DNA of 64,000 bases from Octopus vulgaris (taxonomy: Eukaryota): assembly GCA_951406725.2 (NCBI GenBank), contig OX597833.1, positions 28,086,001-28,150,000 on the forward strand, given 5' to 3'. Positions 27,249 through 42,429 of the stretch are shown one piece after another. The notes beneath the pieces were generated by a model. The model did no database searches. It was not told the DNA's origin and saw only the letters and a program-made list of their open reading frames with translations. Each line of letters opens with the position of its first letter. The stretch's first letter is position 1. Made by a program: the position numbers and the translations under genes.

Positions 27249-27316
27249 TACATGTATATATACATATATATGTAGGTATGTACATATATGTATGTTTATA
27301 TGCATATAATAATATA

Positions 27317-27359
<43 letters not shown>

Positions 27360-27367
<8 letters not shown>

Positions 27368-28606
27368 GCATATATACATACATATATGTACATACCTACA
27401 TCTATATGTATATATACATTCATATATGCATATAATAATATAAATAATATATATATATATGCATATATACATACATATATGTACATACCTACCTCTATAT
27501 GTATATATACATGCATATATGGGTACAGGACATCAAAAAACGTTGAACACAATGAGAAACGAAAACACAAAAACAAAAACATGGAAATGAACTTTTTTTC
27601 AAACAACGAAAAAACAGAGTACAAGACATACAACATAAGGAATATTCCCCCTCTTCAGTTGTCCCTGTTTCGTCTACTCTGCGTTCGAAGGTAAGGACAA
27701 GACGTGACTTCGTTGAAACAATCCTTCCCGCAAAGCAAATTAAATAAAACTTGGGATTTTTGCGGAGGGGTAAAAGTGGTAACAAGAACAGGACAGTAAG
27801 AACAAAGAAGACAGTAAAAACAATACAAATAAAAACAATAAAAGATAGGACAAAGAGAATAACACAGTAAAAACAAACGATGAGGGCTGTTAAGCCAAGA
27901 CGACGGAAAAATAATTTTGAACGCATTGAGGAAATAGCTTATGAGAGGGACGGGATAAGCCGTCTTGTCTCGGTGAAGATAGCAGTTGGAAAGGTGGCTT
28001 CCCTCTGATCACGTGTCAGTGACGAGAGAGTCGAGGAGGAGGAGGAGGAAGAGGAAGAGTAAGAGATAGGGAGAGGAGAAGAATAGGGAAGGGTGGGAAA
28101 GAAAACCAGAAAGGATGAAGAACAAGAGAGGGAGAGATATAGTAGAGATAGAAGAGTGCGCATCATAATTATTAAGATAAAACTTACTTGGAAAAGGATG
28201 CGTGTCGTTCGATCATATAATAATATAAATAGTATATAAATATATGCATATATACATACGTATGTGTGCATACCTACCTCTATATGTATATATACATGCA
28301 TATATGGGTACAGAACATTAAAAAAACGTTGAACACAATGAGAAACGAAAACATAAAAACAAAAACATGGAAATGAACTTTTTTTCAAACAACGAAAAAA
28401 CAGAGTACAAGACATACAACACAAGGAATATTCCCCTTCTTCAGTTGTCCCTGTCTCGTCTACTCTGCGTTCGAAGGTAAGGACAAGACGCGACTTCGTT
28501 GAAACAATCCTTCCCGCAAAGCAAATTAAATAATATGCTTATATTTATGTATTATTTATATTATTATATGATCGAACGCCACGCATCCTTTTCCAAGTAA
28601 GTTTTA
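27360..28606 (-). mobile_element. Family A non-coding element: ~786-bp partial tandem plus terminal inverted segment (pLTR-like)
   Basis: 27430-27746 is repeated at 28216-28532; 28177-28230 is inverted at 28552-28606. Confidence 0.75.
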
Positions 28607-30742
28607 TATATATAGGACAGACTTCTTTCAACCTGAAAGTATTATCTCACATTACAATAGAGACGTAATACTGAAATAGTATAAGAGATAAGAAATAGCT
28701 CTGGGCTCGCAAGAAGTTGGAAATTTATGTGGCCCATGACACTGCATGGACCTTGGCTTTTGTATTTGACGACTGTTGCTTTAAGTATTTTATTTCGATT
28801 TTATGTATATATGTATGTATGTATGAGCCAATGAGGGAGACATCTACATGGTAGCTAGACCTGGTAGAAATAGCAGCCAAATCTCCCTCAAAACACCCTA
28901 CTGTCTTAATCCGATAACTCTGCCTATTATGTAGTTTGAATGAGAAACTTAACTAACGATTAAGATTATTAACCCCAAACTTGGACAGTGTTAAGTAGTG
29001 GAGATGTTTGGTGATTGTATGTGCTGCTAACTTTTGACTGTTTTTTTTTTCTCAGTAAGGATAATTGATTGATAACGAATCTTAACACTATATATATACA
29101 ACTTCAAGTGGAATCGGACATCATAAGAGAGTTAGAGAGAGGAAAGAAGAGAGACAGCATAGCGACGGTTTTGGCTGAGTGTCATCCTGTACTCCCCTTG
29201 TTGCTAGCGAAATGGTATGTGCCGGCTGTCTGAGCAAACACCTTGGTTAGACCTAAGACTTCTGAGAGGAATTGGCTAAACGGAAATTGTACGGAAGCCT
29301 GCTTGAGGAATTGTAGCTGTTATTCGAAGGTCTAACCATGACACACTCTGTATCATGCTGAATCTTTCTGAGGAATACACTGCCACTTACACTTTAAACT
29401 AAAAAAGTAGCAGTTCCAATGACCGAATAACTAGAGTGTGCGTCGTTGCGACCGACGGATACCCATTAAGAAGTGCAGGGTAATTTAATGTTTATAAAGA
29501 AGATTAAAATCGCAGCATATTATTTGACCATATTGGGGTCGGGACGACTAAGTAATTGTTCATCACACAGGTAGGTAGATAGATGTGTGCGTGTGTGTGT
29601 GCGTATGTGTGTGTGTGCGTGTATGTGTGTGCGCGTGTGTGTGTGCGTGTGCATTAACACACGCATGCTTATATATGTATATACACATGTAAGCATTAAA
29701 CACAAGCGAGTATAATTGGGTACACTTATATTGATGTATATGAGATGGATCAGTTTGAATAATATATGGATGTGAGTGCATGTGTTATGTCTATACGTAC
29801 TCTGAGTGTATGTGTGTGTGTATGTATATGTATGTATGCGTGTGTGTGTCTGCATCTATGTCTGGGTACATGTGTATGTTCACAGCCTCATACGTACGTA
29901 CTTTCTTATACAATACAAACACAAACACTTACACACGCACACACGCACAGACACTTACACACGCACACACACACTCACACACACACTCACACACACATAC
30001 TTCCAACTAACAGATGTGCACGTGTAAGTGTGTTCTCGATCCACAAAGCAGCCGCGTGCGTCTTTCACCTGTGCACGTGTACTGAAACACATCACATATG
30101 GCCGAGTATTGACGATAGCTTAGCGCCAACGGTGAAACAGTCACATGTCGGCCATTTTAACAAGATGGTTTTTCGGCTGTCTTCGTCTCTTCATTTATTA
30201 TTTCAAACCCTTAAGCACTTCTTTAATCTGGCGAACGTCGATATTCACCACAGGATCTTTGTCGTTTTCCCTTATATATCTTGTTAATAGTTTGTTATGG
30301 CATTGTTATTTTTTCGTTGTTAGTTCGTTATTTATTATTACATGTTGTTCCTGTGTTGTTTAGTTTTTTATTAGGTGTGACGTTTTTCGAAGTTAAACAA
30401 ACAAAATATTTTATAACCCCACCCCGATTCAATATAAGCCCCGATAACACCACCACTACCATCGCTCTCACCAACACCAACTCCATCAGCAACAAGAAAC
30501 AATTACAAGGCAATCAAATCCACCCGCAACAACGATGTCATCACTATCACCACCAACATCACCACCCCCACACCACCATCACTGCCAGCACCACCACCAC
30601 CATCATCACCAACACTATCATCACTAACACCACAACGGCCAACACCATAATTGCCTCCACCACCACCGTCGCCTTCACCAACGATTGCAAGAAAAAATCG
30701 TCATTCTTCTCTTCCTCTGTCTTTCTCTCTGATATTTTAAAC

Positions 30743-30903
30743 GCAGGCATGGACGGCTTTGTGGTAAGAAGTTTGCTTCCCAACCACATGGTTCCGGGTT
30801 CAGTCCCAATGCGTGGCACGTTGGGCATGTGTCATCTATTATAGCCTCAGGCCGACCAAAGCCTTGTCAGTGGATCTGGTAAAGGGAAACTCAAAGAAAC
30901 CTA
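30743..30903 (+). mobile_element. SINE 5' half (plus an inverted 5' fragment at approximately 30943-31018)
   Basis: Matches the head of 24267-24746. Confidence 0.8.
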
Positions 30904-31015
30904 TGTGTGTGTGCATGTGTGTGTGGCGGGGGGTCAGCCCGATGCTATAGTAGAAGGTGCCACGCTGTGAGACTGAATCCAGAACCATATGGTTGGGAAG
31001 CAAGCTTCTTACTAC

Positions 31016-32348
<1,333 letters not shown>

Positions 32349-32439
32349 TACACACACACACATATATATATGCATACATACACACACATATATATATATA
32401 TATACATACAATCATACACACATACACACCAGTATATAC

Positions 32440-32538
<99 letters not shown>

Positions 32539-32546
32539 ATATATAT

Positions 32547-33220
32547 ACAATAGCATGTCAATTCCGGATGGTACTCGCCGTTCGTTTGACGATATAGGCG
32601 TGGTTATATAGGAAGGGGAGGAATATGTAGTGTGAGTGTCGCGCATAATAATATTTCCAGATTAAATAAGCAACATTGGTTATAATTGTCAACTTTGATT
32701 GAATAGAGAAATGATGAAAAGTGTCCCAGTCGCGACCATTTAGGACTACATTATTAAATCTCTCTCATTCCTTATATATTTTTCTCTTAACCCCTCTTTC
32801 CTTATTTTCTACTTATCTTAGAGAGAAAGAGAGAGAGGTGAGAGAGGTGAGAGACAAAAATACGAACTGAAAAATAAACAGCTGAGAGAGAATTTGAATG
32901 AGCGAGAAAGAGAGAAGAGAGAGGGGTGAATGAGTGAAGGGAAGAGAAAGATAAGTAGAAAATAAGGAAAGAGGGGTTAAGAGAAAAATATATAAGGAAT
33001 GAGAGAGATTTAATAATGTAGTCCTAAATGGTCGCGACTGGGACACTTTTCATCATTTCTCTATTCAATCAAAGTTGACAATTATAACCAATGTTGCTTA
33101 TTTAATCTGGAAATATTATTATGCGCGACACTCACACTACATATTCCTCCCCTTCCTATATAACCACGCCTATATCGTCAAACGAACGGCGAGTACCATC
33201 CGGAATTGACATGCTATTGT
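32547..33220. repeat. Inverted repeat, 273-bp apparently identical arms, 128-bp GA-rich spacer
   Basis: 32547-32819 is the reverse complement of 32948-33220. Confidence 0.9.
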
Positions 33221-35799
33221 GTTAGCATTGCCACGCCCATATCCCTAACCATTGATGTCTATCGACTTGCAACACATAGCAGCTTAATATCCGCTAATCA
33301 CACCCTACCGTCTTTGAAAGGGGTAAACACATCAGATAAACCTTAGCGCTAGATATACACAGAAAGACGAGATCGTTACGGCTGGAACGATTTTGATCAA
33401 AGGGCCTTTCACCTAATTTAACAACTCTGTCATTAACAAGAAAATAAGGCAGCGAATTAGCAGTCGTTAGTGTGGCATTTATTACGACCCTCTATTTTCT
33501 GAGTTCAAATCCTGTCAAGGAAAATATTTGCCTTTCATCCCAAGTTGGGGTCGATAAATAAGGTACTAGTCAAACACTGAAACTGATTTCTTCTATCCTT
33601 CCCCCTCTCTCCGCTTCATTCGTTCATTCAACTGACCCAAGTAATTCCACTTCACCTCTACACAGCAGATCTCGCTCTATGACTTACTAAGCTGCCTATC
33701 ACCAACCACGCCTATTTATTATCACCTCACCTATCAGACTTATCTCCTCCCAGTTCTCTCAATCCTTCTCTCCCAGGATTGAAATTCCATCCCCGACAGC
33801 GACATGTTTTGTTTTAGTTTTGTTTTTTTCTTTTCTTTTATCTTTTATTTCTTTCAGTCATTGGACTGCGCCCATGCTGGGGCATCACCTTGAAGACTTT
33901 TAGTCGAACGAATCCACCCCAATACTTATTTGATTTTTTTTCTTTTTTAAGCCTGGTTCTTATTGTTTTTGCCGAACTGATAAATTACGAGGACATAAAC
34001 AAACTAGCATCGGTTGTCAAGTGGTGGTGGAGGGAATACACAATGACACAATGACACATTCATATACGTACACACACACACACACACACACTTCAGATTG
34101 TGTTATGGAAACAGAAAAAGTTTTTAAAAAGCAGAGAAAGTACATTTCGGTCAACCTCTTCGGAAGTTCAGTCGACCGCATGGAAAGAGTACGAGATAAC
34201 CAGGTTATGAATCAACCACGGGTTCGTTTCTTGTCGCAGGCCCTGTATTGTATCTCTGGCCAAGGCACGTAACTCTAAAATATTACGGTACACCACCCGA
34301 TTGTACATAAATTGACATCCACGAGCATTGCCGACTCTAGGTATGAGCTCACTAAGCAGTTGCCAAAGGCCTTACTGGTCTAGGAGCCCAATTCGGGTCA
34401 ATGTATGTTGTGGCTTACTAGCAGTAAATATATACTATATGGCCCAGAGCATTGATTTGCTAGGAGACTTCACAGGTCTAGGGGGCCCAATTCTGATTTA
34501 TGAATACTTTTAGTTACGGGTAGTAGATATATACTATATATTTGCCCGGGAGCGGTGGCTACTAAGATGGCCCTGCCCTCGCGATGGTTTATACTTAATC
34601 TGCTGCAATCGACGCCAGCACTGGAGCATTCACTGATCACTCGACGTTTGACCAAATTTTCGTGCGATAGGCTAGCATTCTATCCATGGTCATATTTACC
34701 CCTTCGTCAATTTATCCAAGAAAAAGAGAGAAGTATTGATTTGTGATTAATTCTTGTTTAGAAAGGGAGTTGTGACTATGGCCATAATAACAACCACAAC
34801 ATCCCCAAGTAATACAACCACACCTCCTTCAATAATTGCTGCCACGAAACCCTCCTCTCCCGCCTCCCATGTGGTCCAACTAAAGCAGTCACCCATCGCC
34901 CAACACTCCTATTCAGTTACTCCACTTTACTTAGATGAGTCCCGCCCACAACATATATCACGCCCACAATGTTGAACGATGCTAAAATGCATAACATTTT
35001 CATAACAAGTGTCACACTTTGCCACGCCCAACGACCAGAATCAAAACAATATAAGAACTTCGAAGTTTAAGTACGTATTTCACTTTTATCAAAAACTTCC
35101 CACTTCCTGAGTATTCTGTGAATTATGTACGTGTGTATGTGTGTACACGCGCGCATATACACACAGAGGAAGGCACGTGACCTAGTGGTTAAGATGTTTG
35201 GCTAATGATCATAATATTATGGGTTCAATTCCTGTACCGGGTGCGTGTTATGCTCTTGAGCTAGGAACTCCGCTTCACATTACTCCAACCTTCTAGTCGT
35301 CGCATCTTGGATGTGCTACTCATATATATTTTTTTTCTTAAGGGTAGAAGAGTCAGGATGTTGTCTTTGTCTACGCACGTCCACATAAACTAATCAACGA
35401 AAGCCATATTCGTTCGTGAGTGAATGCCAGTTGTATGTATGTACTGCAGCTCTAGGTGATCCAAATCGGATATGCAATCTATGTGGGTATCTTTTCAAAA
35501 CATTGTCTGGTTTTAAAAGCCTCGTCAGATGCCATGATGGTTCTAAGGTGTAAGTACAGGAGGTGGTCAAACTCTGCATCAGGAGTAGACAACCACCACC
35601 ATGCATGTATGCTTGTAAGGAGTACCACATTAAAGGATTTTTAGTCGAAGAAATCGACCCCAGGATTTACTCTTTGTAAGCCTAGTATTTATTCTATCGG
35701 CTTCTTTTGTCGAACCGCTAAGTTACGGGAACATAAACACACCAGCATCGGTTGTCAAGCGATGGCGGGGCACAAATATAGAAACATACTCATAAATAT

Positions 35800-35833
<34 letters not shown>

Positions 35834-36295
35834 GTATATTAGAGAGAGAGAGAGAGAGAGAGAGAGAGTAAAGATTATTTGTCAATATAACGTGGAATCG
35901 AATGCTACAGTTATTTAACCCCAGGAAACATCGTCTCCAGCTGGTTATACGACACAATATCTGTGTCTTTTCGAAAAGGGGAATTTACCATCCCCACTCA
36001 GCACAAAATAATAATACGTTCTACTGTAGATACAAGGCATGAAATTTTGGGGGATGGGGTAAGTCGATTACATCGACCCCAATACTTAACTGGTACTTAT
36101 TTTACTGACCCCGAAAGGATGAAAGGCAAAGTCGACCTTGGCGGAATTTGAACTCAGAACGTAGCGAGGTGTGAAATACCGCTAAGCATTTTGTCCAGCG
36201 CGCTAACGATTCTACTAGCTCGCCGCCTTAACAACAACAACAGCAACAATAATAATAATAATAATAATAATAACAATAATAATAATAATAATAAT

Positions 36296-37530
36296 GCCTT
36301 CTTTTATTTGCTACCAGGGCGAAGGATGAAGGGGACAATAGAAAGACAGACGTAAAGTTTTGGGGGTTTATATATTATGGAATGATAAAAAGAAAATAAC
36401 AATATACACGGTATACATTAGAAGAAGGGAAGTTTACATAGTATACGACACTTGAAGAAGAAGGGGAAAAGTGATGGTGATACAGAAGGACCTCCTGCAA
36501 TAATCAAGGAACCCCACCATCCAAGATCACCCTGAATACCAAAGACGAAAGCCCGCTCCAACTCCTTTCGTCTGACTCGAAGGTCTACACTGAGAGTGGT
36601 AACATCCACTCTTGCCATTTTCACAACTCTCACCCACCTTCTGATAAATTCACTCAAGGACTGCACCTGCCTCTCCACCCTCACTTTCCTCCCGAATCCA
36701 ATTTCGAAAGGGAGGGCTCTTAATTGTTCCAACTTCCGCAGCAGTGACAGCGGGTAGCTCTGACTGACCGAACGAGCTATACTAAACGGTTCTGATAAGT
36801 GGTCATTTACTTTGTCCACCGAACAAGTGCCGCTGTGCATTGCAGCAATCCAGCCTCTGAAAACGGGTCCGAAACCGGCAACTTTAAGGACGGCTTCCAA
36901 GTAGCAATGGTCGACCCTATCGAAAGCTTTCGACTGATCTAAATTGATCAGGACCCCACCGAAGCCATCTTTAGTTCCCAGCCCGCTCTACGATGTATCA
37001 CATAAGGTGGAGGTTGTGGTGGATAGACCTGCTAGGGATTGCACACGTTTTTGCCTCCCCGACCAGACTACCAACGACAAGCGTCAATCACTTCGCTAAC
37101 ACCTTGGCCAAAATCTTAAACTTTGTGTTTAACAGAGTTATGGACGGAAAATTCCCTAGCACGTCCTCTTTGTCGGCGTTCTTTCTCAGCAATGTTACCA
37201 CACCCCTGCTAACAGCACTAGGAATTCTTCCGTTCTGCTGCCAGTTACTGTAGACGTCTGCCAAAAGGCTGCCAAATAAATTTGGCGTGAATACATAGAA
37301 TTCGTAGGGTAGACCATCCAAATCGGGCGATTTGCGACTTGAGCAATCGCTCATCGTCTCCCATATTTCAGTGGCTGTAATCGACTTTTCGCAGAATCTC
37401 GCATCCGTTACCGAGGTTTATGGTAGGCCGTCCAGATACGAAGTAAAGTCTGCTACCGTCGTCGACCCATCACCCTCCTCAAACAGCCACGCAAGGTACT
37501 GCTGAAAAGCCGCACGCATCTGCTCAAAAC
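36296..37530 (-). pseudogene. L1/Tx1-type LINE remnant, internally deleted, 3' end next to (ATT)n
   Basis: KSPDLDGLPYEFY, ITLLNTKFKILAKVLA, LDQSKAFDRVDH. Confidence 0.8.
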
Positions 37531-37544
37531 AAAAAGAAATAGTG

Positions 37545-38345
37545 ATGGGGTCCTCCTGATACAGGAGGACCTCAAGGGATGATCAAGGAACCCCATCATC
37601 CAAGATCACCCTGAACACCAAGGACAAGTGCCCTTTCCAACTCCTTACCCCCAACTCACAGGTCTACACAGAGAGTGGTACCATCTACTCTTGCCATTTT
37701 CGCAACTTGCATCCATCTTCTGATAAATTCACACGAGGACATCTCCCTCTCCATCCTCACTTTCTTCTTCAAGTGAAACTTGAAAAAGTCGATGAAAGCT
37801 TTACCAAAGAGGAATGTTTCTGTCCTCATTCCTTTCAGCTTCGTCATCTAGACAACCTCTTTCGTCACAGCCACGAGACAAAGAAAAACTACCTTGCCTG
37901 CCCAACTAAAGGAGGGCGGCGGTGCAATCATCACTATGGACTCGGCTGACCAACGGATCCGTCCCACACACGACAGCAGCTGTTCAATATAACTCCATAA
38001 GTCAGCAATGCCTGGTCATTGAACGAACGCATGCAGAGCAATTTCGTCGCACTGCACGCATCTCGAACAAGCCCGTCTGACAGCACATCCGTGCCTGTAG
38101 AGTTTATCTCGAACCGGTAACGCCCTATTATCCATAATAGTTCCTAATTGAAAAGCCATCCGGAACAGACTAGCCAGTTCGTCTTCGTCGACGCCCAGAG
38201 CCTCCCCTAGGACGTCGTCGTCGCAATTCCTCGCCACTAATCCTCTACATATAGCTGAGAACACCCACCGATTCTATTGCCCGACTGATAGAGGACGGTG
38301 AGCGCCTGATGACATCCTAGGTGCCAAGCTCCCAGTCTTGGTCTA
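37545..38345 (-). pseudogene. L1/Tx1-type LINE 3' fragment
   Basis: C-terminal CxxC..E...HAFVQ motif; 3' end homologous to 36480-36700. Confidence 0.7.
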
Positions 38346-38649
38346 TCCTTCACAAAGACTTTACATCAAGAAAAAAATCATGGACTTCACAGGACAAAAC
38401 AATGAATGTGTGTGTATGTGTGTATGTATGTCTGTGTGTGTGCGTGTTTGTGTTAATGCGTGTGTGTATGTGTGTGTATGTGTTTGTGTGTGTTGATGTA
38501 TTGATGATTTGGCGTATAAACAGGTTTAACGTAAAAAAAAACATTTTAACAATGTGTAATCCTCATTAGAGTTGAAGCGTTCGAGAGCTGCTCATGGGTA
38601 AACCCCATAAAACCACGTGTGCCCTGACTTCTGAAGCATATTCCTTTTC

Positions 38650-40200
38650 TCTCATTTCCTCATCTCCGATTACAGGTGTATGCTTAGAGCAGGCCCATTC
38701 ACTCGCACCATGCTCGCCACTCTCTTACACCTTTGAACGAATCTTTATGTTAGTCTTGAAATGTGAAGAAGTTGATGAGAGATTGGTCAAAGAGGAAAGT
38801 TTTTGTCTTCAGACACTTCAATCTCATCCACCAGACAACCTCTTTCGCCATGACCACCAGGCATATGAAAACTGCCTGCCCTCCACGGTTAAAAGAATGC
38901 GGTGGAATGACTTCACGATTGATTCACAATGGATTCAGCAGATGATCTCCAGCAGGTGACTGCAGGTGATCGACATAAATTTACAGGTCAACAATGCCCG
39001 GGCACTAAGCTAGTGCATGCAGGACGGTTTCGTCGCCCTGCGCACATCTCGCACATGCTTAGCTGACGGTACTTCCGTGCCTATAAAGGTTATCTCGAAC
39101 AGGCAAAGCTCCCCAGTAGCACGCACTACCAGGCCGGCGGTTCCTGGATGTTATCCATCGGTCCCAGACCAAAAGTTGTCCAGAAGAGAGTGGCTAGCTG
39201 ATCGTCTTCCACGTACAAGGTCTTCCTCAAGAACGTCGTCGCACTTTACCGCCACTAATCTTCTATAGAACGCTTAAGTGGACTTTCCACCTATCACAGT
39301 GTCCGACTGGTTGAGGGCTGTGAGCGCTTAAAGATATTACACTTTTCAAATGCTTTCTCACTGTCTCTGTTTGACCCAGGACTACAGTTCTGTGAAGGAG
39401 ACCAGCAGGGGAAGGCGAAACACGTGTCCGGCACACGGCCACCACATCTGTTCGCCGTCAAGGAAGCGCTGGAGATATCGTAGCTATAGTGCATGTTTGA
39501 GCATCATCAGCCAGAGCTTGCCCATTCTACCACGCAGCGGGTGTTGACAGCAGACAGACCACTTGGACCATTGGAACGCGACCCTTCCACAAAAAGCGAA
39601 GTGGTGGTGGTATTGGTGGTGGTGGTGGTGGTGGTGTTTTCTAATTGAAGCACAAGATCGGCAGTTTTTATGAAATGCATTTTGTCCGACGCTCTACCAC
39701 CAAGAACCTTAACTACCAAGGACCTTGACCACCAAGGACCTCGACGACCTTGCACTCCAGACTAACAACCCCTTCCAGCTGCAGTCTCCAAATAGAATTC
39801 ACGAAGTGGTGCTCTCTCACACGTAGCAGTTTTGCCACTTGCATCCTCCTTACCTCAAATTTGCTAGAAAGTAACACTGCCCTCTCTGCTTTCAGGGTTT
39901 TTTTTCAAGTGAAACATAGAAAAGTTGATGGTGACTTTGTCGAGAGACTGATTCTTGTCCTCAAAACTTTCAAAGCCGTCCGCCAAACAACTGTTTTCGC
40001 CATAGTATCAAAAAGATACGTGAAAGAAGAAACAGTCTACTCTATTTGCAAAAATAGAGCGACAGGTTTCTTCGTGTCGTCCTACATACAATAGCACCCG
40101 CTCGACAAAACTTTACACACCCTGTCTCGAGCAAACCCGACAGACGATGTTTCTGTGACGGTTTAAGCCAAACCGGAAATTCTCCCCAGTAGCATTGATT
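38650..40200 (-). pseudogene. Further degenerate L1/Tx1-type 3' fragments
   Basis: Nucleotide similarity to 37690-38300 in two successive blocks. Confidence 0.55.
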
Positions 40201-40315
40201 CCTATTCTCCAGAATAAGGAGTTTAGCTGCTGCTGCTGCTGGTGTTGGTGAGGATCAGTCCAATAACTCTACGGGTCATCACGTTACCTCCTTCCCCACA
40301 TCATCGTCATCATCA

Positions 40316-40360
<45 letters not shown>

Positions 40361-40738
40361 TCATCATCATCGTCATCATCCTTCTCTGACTAACCTATTA
40401 AATAAGTGAAAATATCGAATGGACCGTAAACTGTTCACATTCGAATCCACGGAAACAAAATACGCATACATAGACAATGACGGGCGTATCAACGTGGGGG
40501 GCCTATATGTGGTCTCCTGACTTGCTAGAAATAGCACGCGAATCGTCTTAAAGAAAGAGAACGTGTTACAAAAGTTAGCGCAACTAAGGGGTGGCAAGCC
40601 TTTCTTCATAGATCTTCTCAGTCACAGTTGAACAAGGACTAAACAACATCAGCAAAATTAGTGGTTTAACGGTATTTAACCATTTCCAAACAATTTTCCC
40701 GTCTATAGTCTGAATAGACTCCACATGGGAGTCTATAC

Positions 40739-40926
40739 CAGTGCTCCGCAACCGATATGCCGCGGCACACTAGTGTGCCACGAGACGATGCTAGGTGTGT
40801 CACAGTGTAACCTGAATATAATTTTTTTCCTCTATGCTTTTTAGTTATATTTTTAGTTCAAGTGTGCAGCCGAAGTTTGAATAGAATATAAGTGTACCGC
40901 AAGTGGGAAAAGGTTGCGGAGCACTG
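40739..40926. mobile_element. hAT (Buster/Charlie-type) MITE, 188 bp
   Basis: Perfect 15-bp TIR CAGTGCTCCGCAACC; 8-bp TSD GTCTATAC/ATCTATAC. Confidence 0.9.
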
Positions 40927-42140
40927 ATCTATACAGACAACACTGCTCCGCATTCCTTTTACAATATTTGTAATAAAAAAATCTAAAATGTTTAATATCA
41001 TCGAAGGAAAAGATAAGGTATAAAAATTATAAATCCTGCAAGGGAAATAACTCCCTAATACTATAATTTTGTCCTGCATTACTTCTCCCCCTTTAATCAA
41101 GCATGCCACTTATATAATGTATATGCAGTTGAAGCAGGAAGCGATTAGAAAATGTTATTATTGCCGTAAATCAATATATTTCATATGAATATAGCATTGA
41201 AAAATGACAAGAAGGCAAAAAAACTGAAAATTTAGTGTTGGCCTGCATCTTATAAAAAGTGGGATTAATTCACCAATAGGTTAACAAAAGTGCCATCTCT
41301 TAAACATTAGTATTAGTATCTCGTCAGAGGCAACTAACTTAAAATTAAATTTCTCTGCGACAAAGGCAATATTAATACTGAGATAAGAGATATCAAAGAT
41401 AATGTAAAGAAACCGCTGTCGTCATCACTAAACTCTCGTGTCTTTCCAAATATAGCTGAATCAACAGAGACAACCGTAGAATAAACTCAACGTAAAATCA
41501 TCTTGAAACCAGTTTGAAGAAAATTTTTCTACTTTTTCGAAACTATCGACAGGCCAGGCCATACTTAACAAGATTAAGATAAAATCAACAGCTCTCATGA
41601 TAAAGTTACCGACGATGTCGCTAGAGAGCGCATGGAATACTAATAGCGTCAAACACACAGCTGCTATTATTCCTAAAGAACACGCTGGAGAAATCTACGG
41701 TATACATGGTAATAAAACTACAAAATGGAAGCAACCTAAATGGAAAACAAAACTTGAAAAAAACAAGTCTACGCCTCCTATATTGGACTGTTAACCACGA
41801 TAATGAATTTACGCCTCACCAGTTACATCTTATAACTAAATTAACAAAACTCTACGGTGATTTTTCACATCAAGCTCTTGGGGGAAGGTTGATTACTCTA
41901 AAACACGAATTCAGGACGCTGGGCGAAATCTACGCTATCGCAAACCCACATACATTATACAGAGAGCTGGGGAAGGAAAATATGGAGCTAAAGCTTAGAG
42001 TTAAACATTAAAGAATATATATCGAATAAACATAGACTCTACTGGCGTACAGAAGTGGATTTGACAGTGGAGAAGGTTATGAATGAGATGAGAGCCAACC
42101 GAAAACTGATGACAATGGTCAAAGAGCGAAAACTGCTGTA

Positions 42141-42429
42141 CAGAGGGTCAATAGAAAAGTTCATAGGCTGACCAAGACACTCTTATGGAATGTGACCTTA
42201 GTCTCTCTTGCAGTCCACACATTTCTTCCACCGGTGTTGCAAGAGGTTGGATCCTATTGATGAAGAAGCTTTCACCCTGTTGGCCAAAAAGCCATCAACA
42301 AAAGATATGACACCATCACTGCGATCCTGGTTCCTAGCCAAGTGGGGTTTTTTTTTGTTTTTTGTTGTTTTTTTTTCCATGACTATGAAAAGTTCATAGT
42401 CAGCCTACGAACTTTTCATACCGGCTCAT
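42141..42429 (-). mobile_element. Mariner-derived MITE
   Basis: TIR core GAAAAGTTCATAGGCTGAC / GTCAGCCTACGAACTTTTC; C-terminal relic LQHRWKKCVDCK. Confidence 0.65.

Noticed and set aside
28630-28690. Hammerhead-like CTGAA-AGTATTA...TAATACT-GAAA
   Set aside because: Good helix II, but the core lacks G8-A9 and helix I does not pair; at best a decayed relic.
30098-30156. TTGACGA...GAAAC flanked by ATGGCCGA/TCGGCCAT
   Set aside because: Helix II and junction spacing do not fit a hammerhead.
35470-35535. Minus-strand CTGACGA...GAAA
   Set aside because: No adjacent helix II and no NUH plus helix I.
42100-42145. CTGATGA...GAAA
   Set aside because: No helix I or II pairing; chance match in a probable LINE relic.
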